In this document: piece by piece, positions 41,399 through 56,700 of the stretch
Position numbering within the stretch: position 1 is the first letter of the stretch
Layout of the letters: each line of letters begins with the position of its first letter
IMG/VR virus record: IMGVR_UViG_3300031992_000077
Location: 13,329 to 77,328 of that record
DNA length: 64,000 nt
Direction: 5' to 3' (one strand)
Source of the DNA: a virus
Lineage: Duplodnaviria; Caudoviricetes
The notes under the pieces: generated by a model
The model's database searches: none
The model's input: the letters and a program-made list of their open reading frames with translations, nothing else
What the model was told of the DNA's origin: nothing
Position numbers and translations under genes: made by a program

Positions 41399-44300
41399 TT
41401 AACTCACATAAAGACAATAATAACCATTTTTAATCTTATAGTCTAACTAGGTATTATTGCTATAAAATATTATTTCTCCATCATTCTATACTTTTCCGCC
41501 GAAGTTCCAAACTCCAGTATTTGAAACCTAAATACCATTAGTTCCATATTTTAATTCTATTTCACCATTAGTATTATTGTCATAACCAGATATTGTTATT
41601 TCAGCCGCAGTACTACTTCCATTCTAATCTTTTATAGATCGACTAGAAAAAATAGTGGTACCTGTAGTTAAACTAGTTCCATTAAAATAAATATTATTAT
41701 TATTCTCATTAAACTAAATAAAATTAGTTCCTGTAGAATTAGCATAATGAGTAAAACCTAAATTATTAATATTTAAAGTTAATATATCATCATTTTCTTC
41801 ACCATTTGTTTCTAAATCTATATTTCCTGCTAATTTATAAAATCCAATTCCGACTTTATTATTATCAGTATCATAAATTCTTAAACTTGGATTATTACCA
41901 CTTCCATAAATAACTGGTGTTTTAATTATAGCATCTGTAATAATAGAATCTGCAATAACTGTGCCTTTAAATTCCCCACGGCTCGCAAAAATAGAACCTT
42001 TATCAGTCACTATAAATGGAGATTTCTAGATATCATTATCAGCGAGACTATTGGCGCCACCCCAAAAAATAATCTTTTCATTATTATAATTATTTATTCT
42101 AGTGCCGCCCCAGCTTTCATAACTGAATTCTAAATCTTTAGAAGTGTGAATACCTGCATAACTTCCAGCATTATCTTTTGTCATTAAACTACCATGAAGA
42201 AATACATTATCTGCATAAAGTCCATAGCCATCTAAATAATTAAATTCATTATTTATTTTCTATTTTAAAATATCTAAATCACCAAGTAAAAGATTTAAAC
42301 TATAATCTATATCTCCAGTCCCATTAACATCTTTTAAACTTGTAAAAGTTTCCATTGATAATGCGCGGGGTGGAAGTATATCTCCCGCGGAAATATCATC
42401 AGAATTAATACCTATTAAAGTGTCATAATATGAAGAGCCAAATAAAGTTAAGGTTTTATAATTTTCCAAAGCATTTTCAGCTTTTAAAATATTATAATCT
42501 GTATTTTTTAATTCTACCTAAATTTTATTTTCATTAACTTCTATAATTTTCCCGAATCTAGTATCAAATCCAGAAATTGCAACTATCTTATCACTAATAC
42601 GTTTTAATACAAAATTAGTTAAATTTGAAGGTGAAACTGTTCCTCCTTCTTCATCATTAGCAATCACAATTTTCACATAACTTACCCCATCTGGAACAGT
42701 TATATTAATAGCCTAATTGCTATAAACTAAACGAGAAACATAAGTTTTATTCTAGTTGAAAAATAAAAAACAAACCCAACTAATAGAAGTTTCAGCAGAA
42801 GGATAATCTCCATTAAAAATTTCTTTTGAATTTACTTTAATAAAATCTTTAGTTCTAATTCTTGCATCACTATCAAAAGGTTCTCCTTCATGACCAGTAG
42901 ATAATGATATACCGCCCTATTCAAAAACTTCCGGAGTTAAATTAATAATATCCTCTACACTAAAATAACCATTACTATTTTCTGATAAAGTAAATTCTAT
43001 ATTATTATTACCTTTATCCTATATATCTTGAATTTGGAAAGTAGGTTTAAATACAAAACTCCCGCCCATTGAACGAGTTTTTTCTGTAACAAAATTTGCA
43101 GTATTAATAGTTGATGCAGTAATTATACTTGATAATACTTCTCCAGTAAAAACACCATCACGCGCGCGGATAATTCCATTAAATTCACCATCTTCGGCTA
43201 TTAATTTTCCAAATCGCGCGGTCACATAATCATTACCAGATTCTTTCTTAATACTCCAATTGTTACCATTTATGTAGCCTTCATTCGTAATCTAGAAATA
43301 AAGACCATCTTCATAATAAACTGTACCACTTTCAAAACTATCACCAGTAAATAATACATACTAATCTTCTAATAAAGTATAATAATTTTTACCTGCAATA
43401 GGACTAGAATCATTTGTAATTTTTTCATGCGGCTATATTAATTTCAAAACGCTATTATCATAATTAATATAGTCTTTATTACTCTAAGGATTTAATAAAC
43501 TTAAATTTCCAATTTTTAAATATTTTTCTATTAATGCTCCAATACCTAAAGTTATATTTTTTACATAGATTGAAGACTCTTCACTTCCATTCGCAGATTT
43601 TAAAATTAAATCATCAGAATAAATAGTATTACTTTCAATATTGAAACCGCCTATTGTACCAGAATTTGAGTTAATTTCACCAGTAAAAATACCGCTAGTT
43701 GCATGAATTTCACCAGTAAAAGTGCCACTAGTTGCATGAACTTCACCAGTAATAGATAAATTGCCGCTTTCTTTATCAAATCTTAAAACAGAATCTTTAT
43801 TACTATTAGTAATACTAAAATTACCATTTTTAATAGCCAATCCATCAGAAGTAAACTCTAATCCAGCATTCTACATAGAGGCAAAAATACCACGCGCGGC
43901 ATCTATAGAAAATTTAGCGATATCTAAATTAGTACCTATCTATAAAGGTATAAATTTATAAAGTGGCGCGCCGTAAATTACAATAAAATTAATACTAACA
44001 GGATTTATAGTTTCAAAAAAATCAAAAAGATAATTTAAAATTTCTTCTTTAGTTAAACCTATAGTTGTTTCTGTATCTAATTTTATTTCACCCTCTAAAG
44101 TTCCAGAATATAAAGCATTATAAAATTCTTGAATATGAAAATAATAATTATAAATATCTGAAGATGAATCATTATCTTCGGGATGTTTATTTATATATTT
44201 TAAAAGAGCAACGGGCTTAAGAACTTCTTCTAAACTAATTTCTTTTAAAGAAACTAGACAAGTAAAATTTTCATTAGTTATAGAACCACTAGCCCCACCA

Positions 44301-44497
44301 TTCGTATCAATAATTCCTATTGATAGAATACTAGGAGATAAAGTATATGAAATTATTCCGTCTTCCTGCCCTTCAACCTATGTATACTTCTAAGCAAACT
44401 TATAAGTTGTCTCTACATTAGTACTTATACGAGCAGAATTGGCGTCTACGCCATCCCGCACTTTTGTTATATTAATAATATTACTTTGTAATGCCAT
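41399..44497 (-). CDS. Tail-tip/central-fibre-type protein, about 1032 aa (TAG=Gln)
   Basis: GAGGAGG RBS; GE(V/I)HATSG beta-helix-like repeats; SGTIGGFNI; four track fragments in one frame. Confidence 0.7.
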
Positions 44498-47400
44498 TAC
44501 GTAGACGCCTCCTCAACAGTAAAATAAATCTAAATTGAATTAAGATTTAAATAATCTAAATTAACTATATAATCTATTCCAGAAGTAACTCTAGTAAAAA
44601 TTGAATCCTAAGCATCTAAAGACACTTTAACAAAGTTCTACATAGAATCAGTTTTATAATACCAAGTTATATTTCTTAAATTCTCCCAAGAAATATATTC
44701 TCCATTTTTATACACACTAGCTGTTAACTAAGTTACATGACCAGTAGTAGTATTGGTATTAATTATATATCCCGCAGAACTTTCAATATCATAACTATAT
44801 GCTTCTGCACTTTTCCCGTCTTTCATTAATTTTAATGTTATCTACGAAGAATAGGCGCCATTAACTGTACATTTAAGATACATTAATCCGCCAGTAAAAA
44901 CCTATGCGACATCTGCATATAATATTGTAACTTTCCCATTTTCATCTATCCAACTCGCTGGAACAGTACGCATACTTTCTGTCGTGGCCCCATATGTCCA
45001 AACTGCAACAGTCGTACCTTCTAAAGAACTTTCGTAATTAAAACTTAACCTATCTGGAGTAACAGTCCCCTCTTCATCTAATCTAAAGGTATCTCCTTCA
45101 TTTTGTTTAATTCTAATCCCTAAAGTCTTCGGTATTTCACTAATACTTAATGGCCCAATAGTACCACTAGAAGCATTAATCGCGCCCTCAATCTCAACTC
45201 CGCGTGCCTTTAATGTGCCATCTTCATAAACTATAAATCTATCGGTATTCTCTTCTCCCTCTTCTCCTGGAGTAATAGTTCGATTTCCATAGACTTTAAA
45301 AACTTTATAGCCGTGTTCAGTCTGTTCAGTACCGACACCTAAATAAATCTAATTGCCATCATTAGTACCTATATCCATCTAAGATTTAAGCCATAAAGTA
45401 CCTGTAGATTTTGTTTCTACAGTTGGACTACCGTTTCCGTCATAAAGCGCGAGGCCGTAGATTTCATTCTCTGTCCCTTCTCCGCTAATAACTCCAAACT
45501 TTCCTCGAAGTATATCCGCGCCAGAACCTTCGCTATTATACTATTTTAAGACTATATCTTCAGAAGGACTAATTCTTACATAACCATTTCTATGCGTTGA
45601 ACGCATAAATAAGCCGTTCCAAGTAAGCGCAAAGACAGAATTATTTTCAACATCTGCTAAATTAGTAAAATTAGGCTCTGTTAATCCATTAATTCCATAA
45701 ATACCAAATCTATCGTAAACTACAAATCTACTTGGGTCATAAGAAGTAACCGCACCAGTTCCTTCGTCTACTACAAAACCATAGGCTCGTAAGCCTTTAC
45801 TATCCCACCTAAAAGTAGGAAAAGCTCCAGACATAATATTAATATTATCCGCATCAATAATACCCGCAGATAAATAATTAGTATTAATTCCATACCCGCT
45901 AATTGCAACGCCCCAAGTCTAACCGCCATCGGCAGAAACTAAAAGACCAGAACTTGCTAGACGGGTTACTTGTAATGGGTCACCTAAATTTGTAGCCTAG
46001 ATACCGGTTTCATCCCATACAACAGACTAATCATGTGAATTCTGAATAATATAATTAGAAGTAGCTAAAGACCTCTAAAATACGCTTTGAGAAACAGTTC
46101 CTTCGGGCGTTATTGCACTGGCCGCACGAGCGTATTCACCACTATGATATTCTAAACTTTGCGTCGCCGCGGTAATGCGTTGGAATAAATCTTCAAAATG
46201 AGATTTGTAATTTTGAACTTTTAGCTAATTTTTATCTGACTCATCTAAATATATATTAGCCTCTGTAACTACAACAGCCTCGCGCGCGGGAGTGCGTAAA
46301 CCATTAATTATTTTATAACCAAAAAATTCAGTATCTTCTACATAAGTTTTATGACCAATATCAAATTTATAAGGTTCATACCCCTCTAATTGACTTAACT
46401 CTAGAACAGAAAAATTATAACTTACTTTTGGATAAGCAGACTAATATAATACAGATAAAGCATCAAGATAGTATAAATCATCATCTAAATAATTGTCATC
46501 TGTCCAAGAACCCTCTTGTACATAACGCGCATATTTAGTATTAAATTCTTTTTCAATTTCTTCTGTTGCCTTTGCTATTTCTTCTAACTATGATTTAATA
46601 CTATCATACCGTTCCTAAGTAGCATCAAGATCATCTTTATATTTTTTCATGTCTGCTTCTGCTTTATCTTTATTTACCATCTAAGTGGTTATTTTTTCTA
46701 AAGTAGAAACAGTAAAATTATCATCTATATAAACCTCAGCACCTAATTCAGTTCTACGGCGCGCGGCATTGTATATATAAACTTCAGGATTATTAGAACC
46801 TACGAATTTTAAAGCAGTAACATTCGCGCCAGTCTAAAAATATGTATCAGCCTAATCCGCCGCACCACTCCTAACGTAATATACACAACCTTCTCTAAAT
46901 TTAGTGGTATATAATTGCGTAAAAACTCCACCTGAAATATAATAATAAGGCTTATGAGCATCCACATATTCTGTATCACTTGTTACTTTATAATAGGTAA
47001 TGCTCCCTCCAGTAGGAGTTATTGAAGTTAATCCCGCGGTCTTTATATAATAAATTTCGTTCCCATAAGCATCAATATTAATATTATTTACAAACTAATT
47101 AAAAAAGTCTGAATATTTATAATGAGTATAAAGAACAATTGTCCCGCTTTTTGGGTCCATCATTCTTTCCAAATCTTTCTTTGCCTCATTATAAGCTAAA
47201 CTAGCGACCTAATATTTAGAACTTAAATCATTCAAAGAATTAGCAATCGGCGCCTATTCATCAATTAAATTATTTCTTTCTTTATTTAATCGAGAAAGAC
47301 GAGGATATAAACCAATACTTCCGGAAGGTAGCTCTAAATATAAATCATTGTTTAATGTAGACTAATTAATAATTCCCTAAGAAGTATAATAATCAAAATT

Positions 47401-49668
47401 ATATGCAAAATTCTCTTTTATGGGATTATCTTGCGCGCGAGCAATAGAACAAAAACCATTTTCTGCATATTCACAATTATTATCTTTAACAATTATTTTT
47501 GTAACTATTTGCTCACTATCTAGAGTTCGATTATTATCTTTTAAGTTAATACCATATTTAAATCCTGCGTAATTATCCTATAAGATTTCTTTATAGAATA
47601 TGACTTTCTTAATTTGACGTATACGTTTTGTAGATTCATAATATTTTTTATTCTTTTCAACTTTTCCAGTAGCCTCTATGTATTTTTTCTAAGTCCAATC
47701 ATATAAATAATAACCAGAAGCGGAAGCCCCAATAGTTAATTCTACTGGATTATAATAAGTATATTCTTCCGTACTAATTCGTCCATTTAATTCATGCGTG
47801 ACCTCGAATTTAACCCAACATTCAAAGGTTTCGCTTAATTGCTATAGAAGATTAAACCGATTAGTTTCTTTTGCTGTAATACTACGTATCTTCTCAAACT
47901 CTTTATCTCCTTCTCTATAAAGCGCAACATACTTATTTGGGTCAGAATCAGAAAAAACGTAATCTTCTGCATATATCTTCCCAAGGTTATCTGCTGGCGC
48001 GTAAAAATGATACCGTGTTTCTATGCGTACTTCTGGTATGTCTCCAGGCTCTAAAACACTACCATCTTTTTCAATATAACGATAAAACTATACGTCTTTA
48101 ATATAATAATCCTAATTACTAGAAGTTTTTAATAAAAAGAAAATCCCAGTATTTGTCTTTAACTAATTCCAAGTAGCAGAATTAAGACAAACCATATCAA
48201 CATATATATATCCACCAGACGCAGATTTAATAGTAGTATTATCCTCAGAATTAAAATAAATAACGTCTTCTGCATCATCCTAGTCTATCTTTAAATATTT
48301 TTTAATAATGCACCTAAAAGGTAAATCTGACAGCGTGTTAAAATTGTTGCCCGAAACTCTTCCAACGCAAATTTTTAACCTATATTTGTCACCTTTATCA
48401 AATTTATTTATCCGAGAATAATTCTGTATTATTCCTTCATTAACCAATCTACTAGTAATAGTATTGCCAAAATTAACAACCAGATAGCCTGCCCGCTCTA
48501 GACTAGTATTAGTAACCTATACACTTGGGAATACTTTCGCCTAAATAAATTTATTTGTATTTAAATCATTATTATCCTGAATACTCCAATAAGATGTACC
48601 GGAAAAATTAGTAGAATTATAAATATAATTCTGTATAGAAGTAGAATCTAAATATTCTGTAGTAGTATAGCCATAATACTCTTTATTATCACCTACTTCC
48701 GTACTTTTATATTTTAAGACCGTTTGCTCTAATACTGGGTCATAAGCACTTAGCTATTTTTTTACATAACGTTGCCCGCGATACTGTGAAATACTCACTT
48801 CTGAATTTATAAAAGTTGGCCGTTCATTAGCCCACTATACATTCTAAATATAAAGATCGTATGTACGAGTGTTATTACAATTAATTGTAATTCCATCATC
48901 TAATAAGTCTGGAATTAAAGTGCCAGTATCATTCTATACGTAAATAAATTGAAAATAATTTTGTTCCTATATTGCAAAAGGAGTATAATAAATATAAATT
49001 CTTTTTCCACTTTCTATTACTTTATTAGTTGAAGTCCCACGAATCTTTGCTGTGATATTCTAATTTAAAACAGCAGAATATAATGCTTCCTCATTTGTCT
49101 ATTCAATTATTTCCTAATCTTCTCGCGCGAGCTGCCAATCAGAGCCCTCTAATACTATACTGCCTAATTCCTATACAGTACCCATATTATTTTCTAGTTC
49201 TGTATCTAATTCAATATTAAAGCCTGTTTTTCCTAACTCATTCGCCGCAAGACCAGTACAAGTATAAGAATATTTATATTCTCTTCCTTTTTCGTCATCT
49301 TTTTTTACGATAAAATCATACCATTTATCTTCATATTTGAGTTTAACTTTTCTTTCATCAATTACTAAATTAATAAGAGGATTACGTATTATTTCACCGT
49401 TTTCCTCATACTAATAATACATATCAAAAGTAAGAGTTTCAGTACCATTAATATTCTTTTTAAATATCGGATTTATGGCTCGCGCTGGAGATGTCATGAC
49501 ATCAGAACCGATTGTCGCGAGTCGTTCTTCATCATAATATTGATAATCTACACTAGATAAATCATCTAAATTGGAAGTAGGCGAATTCTTTCCAGATTTC
49601 GGAGTACCTACATACATTAATAAGTCTTTCCAAATACTTATTTCATATGGTTTTTTAATTATATTCAT
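44497..49668 (-). CDS. Tail-tip/baseplate hub (Tal-like) protein, about 1723 aa (many TAG)
   Basis: KPYEISIW...FKKNINGTETLTFDMY; FEDLFQRITAATQSL; FRWDSKG; follows the Dit-like gene; frame spot-checked. Confidence 0.7.
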
Positions 49669-49684
49669 AACTATTTACCTCGTA

Positions 49685-50641
49685 TTAGAAGTAAAGATAA
49701 TCATATTCTAAAACAGGCTCTGCACCAGAATAATTAATAGGAATAAAATACCAATCTTTTCCTTGCTCATTTACCGGTATTTTAAACCAATGTCCGGCAC
49801 TAATATATTCATTATATAAATTTGTGGTGCGCGCGCCCTATGCATTTAATCCTTCAATTAAATTTGTGCGAGAATTAAAGAGTAAAAACTAGTCATTCCC
49901 TTTCTACGTAATGGTTCCATTTAATTGTAAAGTATGACTAGCTAAATCATTGGTACCATCAGAAATTTTTATTCCGCTAATAGCCGCATTAATTGGTATC
50001 TTAAATTTAAAATCCGCCTCTACATCTCCTGGATTATAAAGTTTAAACCCAGTAGCAGAAACATAAGTATCATAATTCCCTTTTTCATTTAATAAATTAG
50101 CACTATATTTCCACTCATCTTTATTATCATATTTATACCAAGGGGTGTTAAAACCCTCTATTACATACTAATTTAAATATTTACATTCATTTGGTGTATG
50201 AGCGAATGGGTCATAACAAGTAAATGTAAAAGTCCCTTCACCCTTATAAATGCGCGGTCTTATATTTTTATCCTCTTCCTAATTATTAAATGGAATATAA
50301 TTATATTGCGGCGTACCTGTCACTTTTGCGTAATAAACCTTATAAGGCTCTTCATCAAAAACTAAAGGATGAGACTATCTATCTCCAAATACTTTTCGCG
50401 CGAGTCTTATCTAATCTTCACTTACATTATCGAAAGCCACATTTAATATAAATTGTCTTTGAGTATAATAGCTTCCAAAAAAATAAGTGCCATCACTACC
50501 AGAAACCTAAACGGTTTTATCTTGGATTACAGGAAGTAACGCATCTGCATATCTATCAGATGAAGTTACATGTACAATCCCCAACTCGGTAGAATGGACA
50601 CCATTATATGAAAAAGATATAAAATCACCTTTAATAGGCAT
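49685..50641 (-). CDS. Distal tail (Dit)-like protein, 318 aa (TAG=Gln)
   Basis: FSYNGVHSTELGI...VSGSDGTYFFG...PLVFDEEPYKVYYAK...KGEGTFTFTCYDPFA; directly downstream of the tape measure gene. Confidence 0.8.
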
Positions 50642-50685
50642 ATGTCATTCCTCCTTTAAACGCTTATATCTATTTGTCGCTTTAA

Positions 50686-50720
50686 CTCTATAAATAAAGT
50701 AGGGTTTTAAAAACCCTACT
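50686..50720 (-). promoter_or_regulatory. Hairpin plus putative late-promoter motif TACTTTATTTATAGAG
   Basis: AGTAGGGTTTT/AAAACCCTACT stem; the motif matches 1857-1872. Confidence 0.45.
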
Positions 50721-50742
50721 CTATTTATTTCGTTACTTAAAT

Positions 50743-53700
50743 TTATCGTAGACGGCTTAAAGTATTCACATTTCGATACGCGCCATCTTGCGCAATACGA
50801 GCTTTAATGCGGTCAATCGCCTTATCTACATCGTAATCGCTACTCATTTGGTCTACTTTAACTTCAATATTATAATAATTATTTCCACCATTAAGCGCAA
50901 AATTCCCGTTCTTTCGCACGTCTGCAAGAATATCTTTTAACTCAATGAAATTCTAAGTATCTCGTGCATTAAGAATAAGTTCAGGATTAGAACGAGTTCC
51001 ATCTAACCAAGCAGGACCAGTAAAATCGGCAAGGCCACCAGTTCCATAGACTTTATAACGCTTTAATATATCTAATGGCCCACTTTCATTTAAAACAATA
51101 TTGTTTTTAGAACCACCCGCGCTAACAAAAGAAGAAGAACTTTTCGGAGTCACCTTGGTTTTATTATTAATAGGTGCAGAACCTTCATAATTCTATAGGC
51201 GAGAATCTGGAGCAAAAATCTTTACATTCGTATCAAATTTATTACGTATATATCCACAACGACTACATTTTTCTTGTAACTAATCTTTATTAATTGGATT
51301 AGTTATATCTTTAAATCTATGCCTTTGTTTTCCATTTTTCCCCTGAGATATAGGATAACAATATTCATCATCTAATGTTACCCATCTTTCTTCAGTCTTA
51401 CCTTCTTCAGTTACTATACTAGTCCCCTAGTCCACCTAAGTCTTGGAAGGAGTCATTGGCTTCTAAGTGCTGGTCGCTGGCTTTACCGCGGCCTTTGTTT
51501 CACCCTTATCTTCAAAGGTTCTATAAGCTCCATGATAGTCCTAAAAAACATCTTTATATGTTGTAGTACTACCATCTGGATTTTTAACTATTACATTACC
51601 TTCTTTATCTACTGTACCGCTTAAAGTTTGACCGCTTGCAGTTGTAAAACTAATTTTACTACCTTCTTTAGTCCCAATATCTTCAAGCTACCTCTACATT
51701 TCAAGATAAGCAACGCCCTAAGCTACTTGGTCTTCTAATTCTGAAAGCCAATTCATTTGCCCCTCTTGAGACAAACTGGTCCAAGCTTCGCCGCCCTTCA
51801 ATAATGCTTCTAATTCAGAGAACTTAACAAGCGCTCCAACCGCATCAGTACCTTCACTAATATACCTATAGACTTCATTCCAAAATTCTCCAGACTTTTC
51901 TTGCCAATCAAGTGAGCGCTGCATAAGTTCAATCTACTGCTAACGCTATTCTTGTGCTTCATCATTTTGACGCTGAAGTTCACTAATCTTTTGATCAATT
52001 AAAGTATCAGTATAATTTTGGCGTGCATCAGCTAGCTCTTCCTAAAGCTTCGCAATTTCTAACTAATTTGCATTAGAAGAATCCTACTAAAGATAAGCTA
52101 ATCGTTTTTCTTTATCAGTTAATTCTTCTTCTGTCTTCGCATTATCTCTCTACTAGCGTTGCATAGATAAAGTTTCTGACATTGAATCAAATAATTTCTA
52201 ATTCGTATCATTTATAGCTTTATCTACGTCCTAAAGTTCATCTATCTTATCTTGAATTTGTTTAATTAATGCGTCACGAACTCGTTCTTCTAAAGTATTA
52301 TACTAATCTTTTCCTCGTTCTAATATGTCTTGAACAGCACTTTCTATATCTTCAAGCTGTTCAATCATATCATCATATTTAGATTGAAAATCTTCGAGCT
52401 TAGAAAGATAATCTTTTACCTCTGAACCCTCATCCTTATCCGTTATTCCATTAACTAAATCCCAATCAATTTCAATGGTTAAATCTTCATTATTCCACCA
52501 GGCATATTTCTAAAGTTCTTGATTTTCTTCTACTAAATCTATAATTTGTTGCTTACGTTTTTCTGCAAGGTCGGCAGTTATCTCTTGACGCTCGCGCAAA
52601 AGAGTAAGTTGACGGGTAAGATTATCATAGATTTCTTTACCAGTTTTACCTTCGGTTTTAAGAAGCTAGTTATAATCTGTTTCTAAGAGATTACGAAGAC
52701 GAAGAAGTTCATTAATATCCTCGACCATATTATAATATTTATCGAGGTCCATTTTAAATTCATCATCTTTTTTCTTATCTCCGCTTCCAGAACCTTTTCC
52801 CTTATCTTTATCATTAGCATCAGTCCAAATAGTACCATCATAATAAGAAGGAATTATTTTTCCTCCTTTCGCAAGCGAAGGAGTAACCCCACGTTTAATT
52901 ATATCTTCTGTCTCATCTGCAGGAAAAACCTAATCACCTTGAACTAAATTAGCAAATTCTGGTCCATGCTTACCCACAAGATAAGCATAACCACCATTTT
53001 TATTCCATACAAGCTCAGGCCCTTCTTCTCCAGTAAGTGCAACGCCAGGCTTTATACGACGCGCGCCGGATGCATAAGATACAATACCACCTAATGCGCC
53101 GTTAGGTCTACTCCAATCATTATTTGGATATTCTCTACCAGCTTTATTACTTCCTGAAGTGTTACCTCCAGTTTTATAGACTTCAGTAATTGTAACTGTT
53201 TTACTAGCATCTGTAGATAAACTAGCTTGTAACTGACCCGCATATTTAATTGCGTCGTTTATGGCACTATAATCAAGAGTAACTTTATTTTCAGTCTTTA
53301 TAGTTTCTATTAATTCATTAGCAGCTTTTTTCGCATCTTCTAAATCTCCAACTAAAGCTGCTGCATTTAAATTATCGGCATCACTCTATAATTTCTAAGA
53401 GAACTGTTCATATTCATCTAAATTTTTTACTGTTACATATACAGTTTCTTCTGCAAAACTTGCTACACCATTTTCTTCTTTAAGAACTTTATATTTTACT
53501 GGTAAAGTTATTCCTTCTGTGCCACCATTTTCTTGTATAAACTAATTAATCCATTCGTCTGCGGTGACTGCACCAGCCCTAACCTCTGGTATTACTTCTT
53601 TAACCTTAACTTTTAAAGAATCAATACTAAATTCTTCTCCGCCACCCCATTCTTTTAAAATAGTTTCCGCGGTTTTGCCATCATTCTATTTAAATACATT

Positions 53701-56700
53701 TTCGAAAGATTCTGATAAATTTCTTTTAACAGTTTCAGCTAGTTCATCAAAAGTATAAGTAGTTTTATATTTTTCATTATAATACTATAAAACCTACTCA
53801 GGAGTAATACCCAATCCATCTGCTATAGTCTATATATCTGCCTAAGTTGGTTTTTCTTCACCAAAAGCATCTCTATAAATCTCAACTATAGAACGTACAT
53901 CATTTACAGCTAGTTCTTTGACTACACCATAATCATGGTTTGCCATATTCTAGAACTGCATATTAAGAAAATCTTCAGTAAATTCTGGCAACCCCTAACT
54001 TTTAGCATAGGCGTTTGCCCTTTGTCGCATTAGTTCTCTATACTATACACTAGTAAGTCCTTCTGCACCCATATTAGTCATGACACCAGTTTTTTCATCT
54101 AAACTGGCTCCCATGACATCAGCCCAAAATCTACCGCCACCCCATTCTTGTAAAGTTTTTAATATCTCAATACCTTTTTCCCAATCTTGTAAATCAGTTG
54201 GAGTGGTTGTAAATATAGCTTTCCAATAATTTTGAAGTTGTGGATTACCTAATTCTCTTGAACTTATTAAAGCCTCCATTGATTGAATGGCTGAATCAAT
54301 AAAATCAAAAGATTCTCCCCAATCTTCACCAGCGTCAAAATTCTTAATAAAATTCTATGCTTTACTGACTATATCAGTCAAACTTTCAAAATTATTAAAT
54401 ACTTCAAGAACATTATCATTTAAATCAGTAATTGCTATATTTCCTTTACTAAAAGCTTGAATAGCTTTAGCTAAGCCATTAGCAGACATTGTCCCTGTAT
54501 CTAATAATGCCGCGAGAGACTTACTCTCTTTAGCTAATTCTTGAATATTATATGGAGTAATTTTTCCGTTCTCTTCGATAAATTTGTCAACCTATTCATT
54601 TAAATCGCTAAATTCACCAGAAGCTAAATAGAACTATACTAAATTCTATTTAGAAAAAATACCTTCTTTTTCACCAGCGTCCTTTAACGTCTTAGCTAAC
54701 TCTGCAACTTCTTTTTTAGTATTCTAAGTTCCTTCCTAAATAGCCTAAAAAGTTAATATAATATTATCTGATAAAGAACCAATAAAATCATCTAAATCCG
54801 CACTAATACCTCCATCTTGACTCATCGCATCTATCATTGCAGATTCAACTTGATTTCTAAAATTAGCTCCATAATCGCCTAAAGTTTCACCAATTTTAAT
54901 GACTTTTTTCTACTAAACAATTTCTAATTTACTAAATTTTTGTAATGCAGCGGTATCTCTCATGCCAGAAGACATTAAAGATTTAAGAGCATTTTTAGTA
55001 TAATCTTTTCTAGTTTTTTCAATCTATTCGATATATCCATTTAATATTTTAGCTAAGCCCTCTCCATCAGTATCAAACATTTGCATAAGAGCTTTCGCAA
55101 TATCTTCATTTTTTAAAAATTCACTTATCTCTGTTCCAATATTTTCTAAACTATCTTCATATGTGCCAGAAATAATCTATAATAATTTTAAACCCTATTT
55201 TTCTTTACTTATATCTGATACTTTATCAATTAATTCAGAATATGTTTCCTTTATAATTTCTGCCGAGGCAATAGCAGAAGCTAATTCATCTTTATCCTCA
55301 GTTTCAGCCTCAACGCCATATAAATCGCTATATTTTCTTTTAAGCTCTTCCCTTGTCGCTTCACCGCTCCACCAATTAGCTCTTCGTTGCCGACGAGTAC
55401 TTTTAAAGAAAGCGTCAGAATTAAAGGTTTCGGCCATTGCTGAAGCTATAGCGTCAGACATTTCATCAGAAAGGTTACTTGTATCAAGCATTCGCGCGAA
55501 ACCGGCTTTTGCATGTGCTTTTTCTGCAGCCCGTTCCTGATTTGCTAAATTCTAATATCTGGTATATCTAGCAACCTCTTCTGGAGTCATATCCCTTACA
55601 TTGGCCGCTTGTGTACCGTCATTTTCATAAATGAGCTTGTTCTCTAAATCTATATAAGGCGACTAATATTTACTTTCATAAATTTTTGCTTGCTTTCCCG
55701 CGGCCATAGCTTTTGCTAATTCTGCGCTCTAAGCAGTTTTATTAGCAGCATCCGTAGTACTTTTAACTAAAGCATCTATTGAAGCTTCGTCTAGTGTTAA
55801 AACCAATTGCCCATTTTCAAATGTAGAAGATAAATATTGTGCATATTTAGTATTCTATTGTACTAAATCAGTAAGGTAGTCATTTCTTTCCTAAATAGCC
55901 TTATTACGTTCTTGGACAGTTTCTGCCTACTGCACCGCAGCAGTTTTTTCACCATATTGCTCTGATACCTATTTAGTCTACTGTTTTGCCTATTCCGCTG
56001 CGGTAGCAACTTTATCTAGCTATTCAGAATATTTTTTAGCCTATTTTAACTAACCTTCTAAAGAAAATTCAGACCAAGCGGCATATGCAGCAACTACAAG
56101 TCCAGCCGCCGCAGCAACTCCGCCAAGAGCAGTAGCTAAAGCTGCAGCTCCTTCAGCCATACCTTTTCCAACAAGACCTTTTACTAACCCAGTTTTAGCT
56201 ATTTTACTACCAAGCCCAGTTTTTACGAATTTATTACCAAACGCACCGAATAAAGTCTTGGGCACACCACCAATTTGCTGCTAAGCTAAAGACTTCCAAT
56301 CTTCACCTCTAGCCCAAGCTTCTTTCACACCAGGTAAATTCCAAGCAACTGTATCTTCTGGTAAAGGCGCGGCATTAGCCTCTTTAAAAGCCTGTATTTT
56401 CTTTTTTAAATTCCCATTAAAAATATCAGATAAAAGACTAGTTCTAGGCATAATAGTAGTCTTATTTTCTTTTCTAGCTATATCTTCAGCAGAACCCGCG
56501 ACTACATCTCCATTTAAATCAATACCACTAGTTAATCCACCTTTAATAATAGATTGCCCAATTCTTGAACCTTTTAGAATAGTAGTAACCGCTTTATCAA
56601 TAAAACCGCCATTACCAAAACTTCTCTTTAAAGCACCAAAAGTTTTAATAGCAACTGCCCATTTTAAGAAAGAACCTGCGCCGCTACCGAGCGCACCAGT

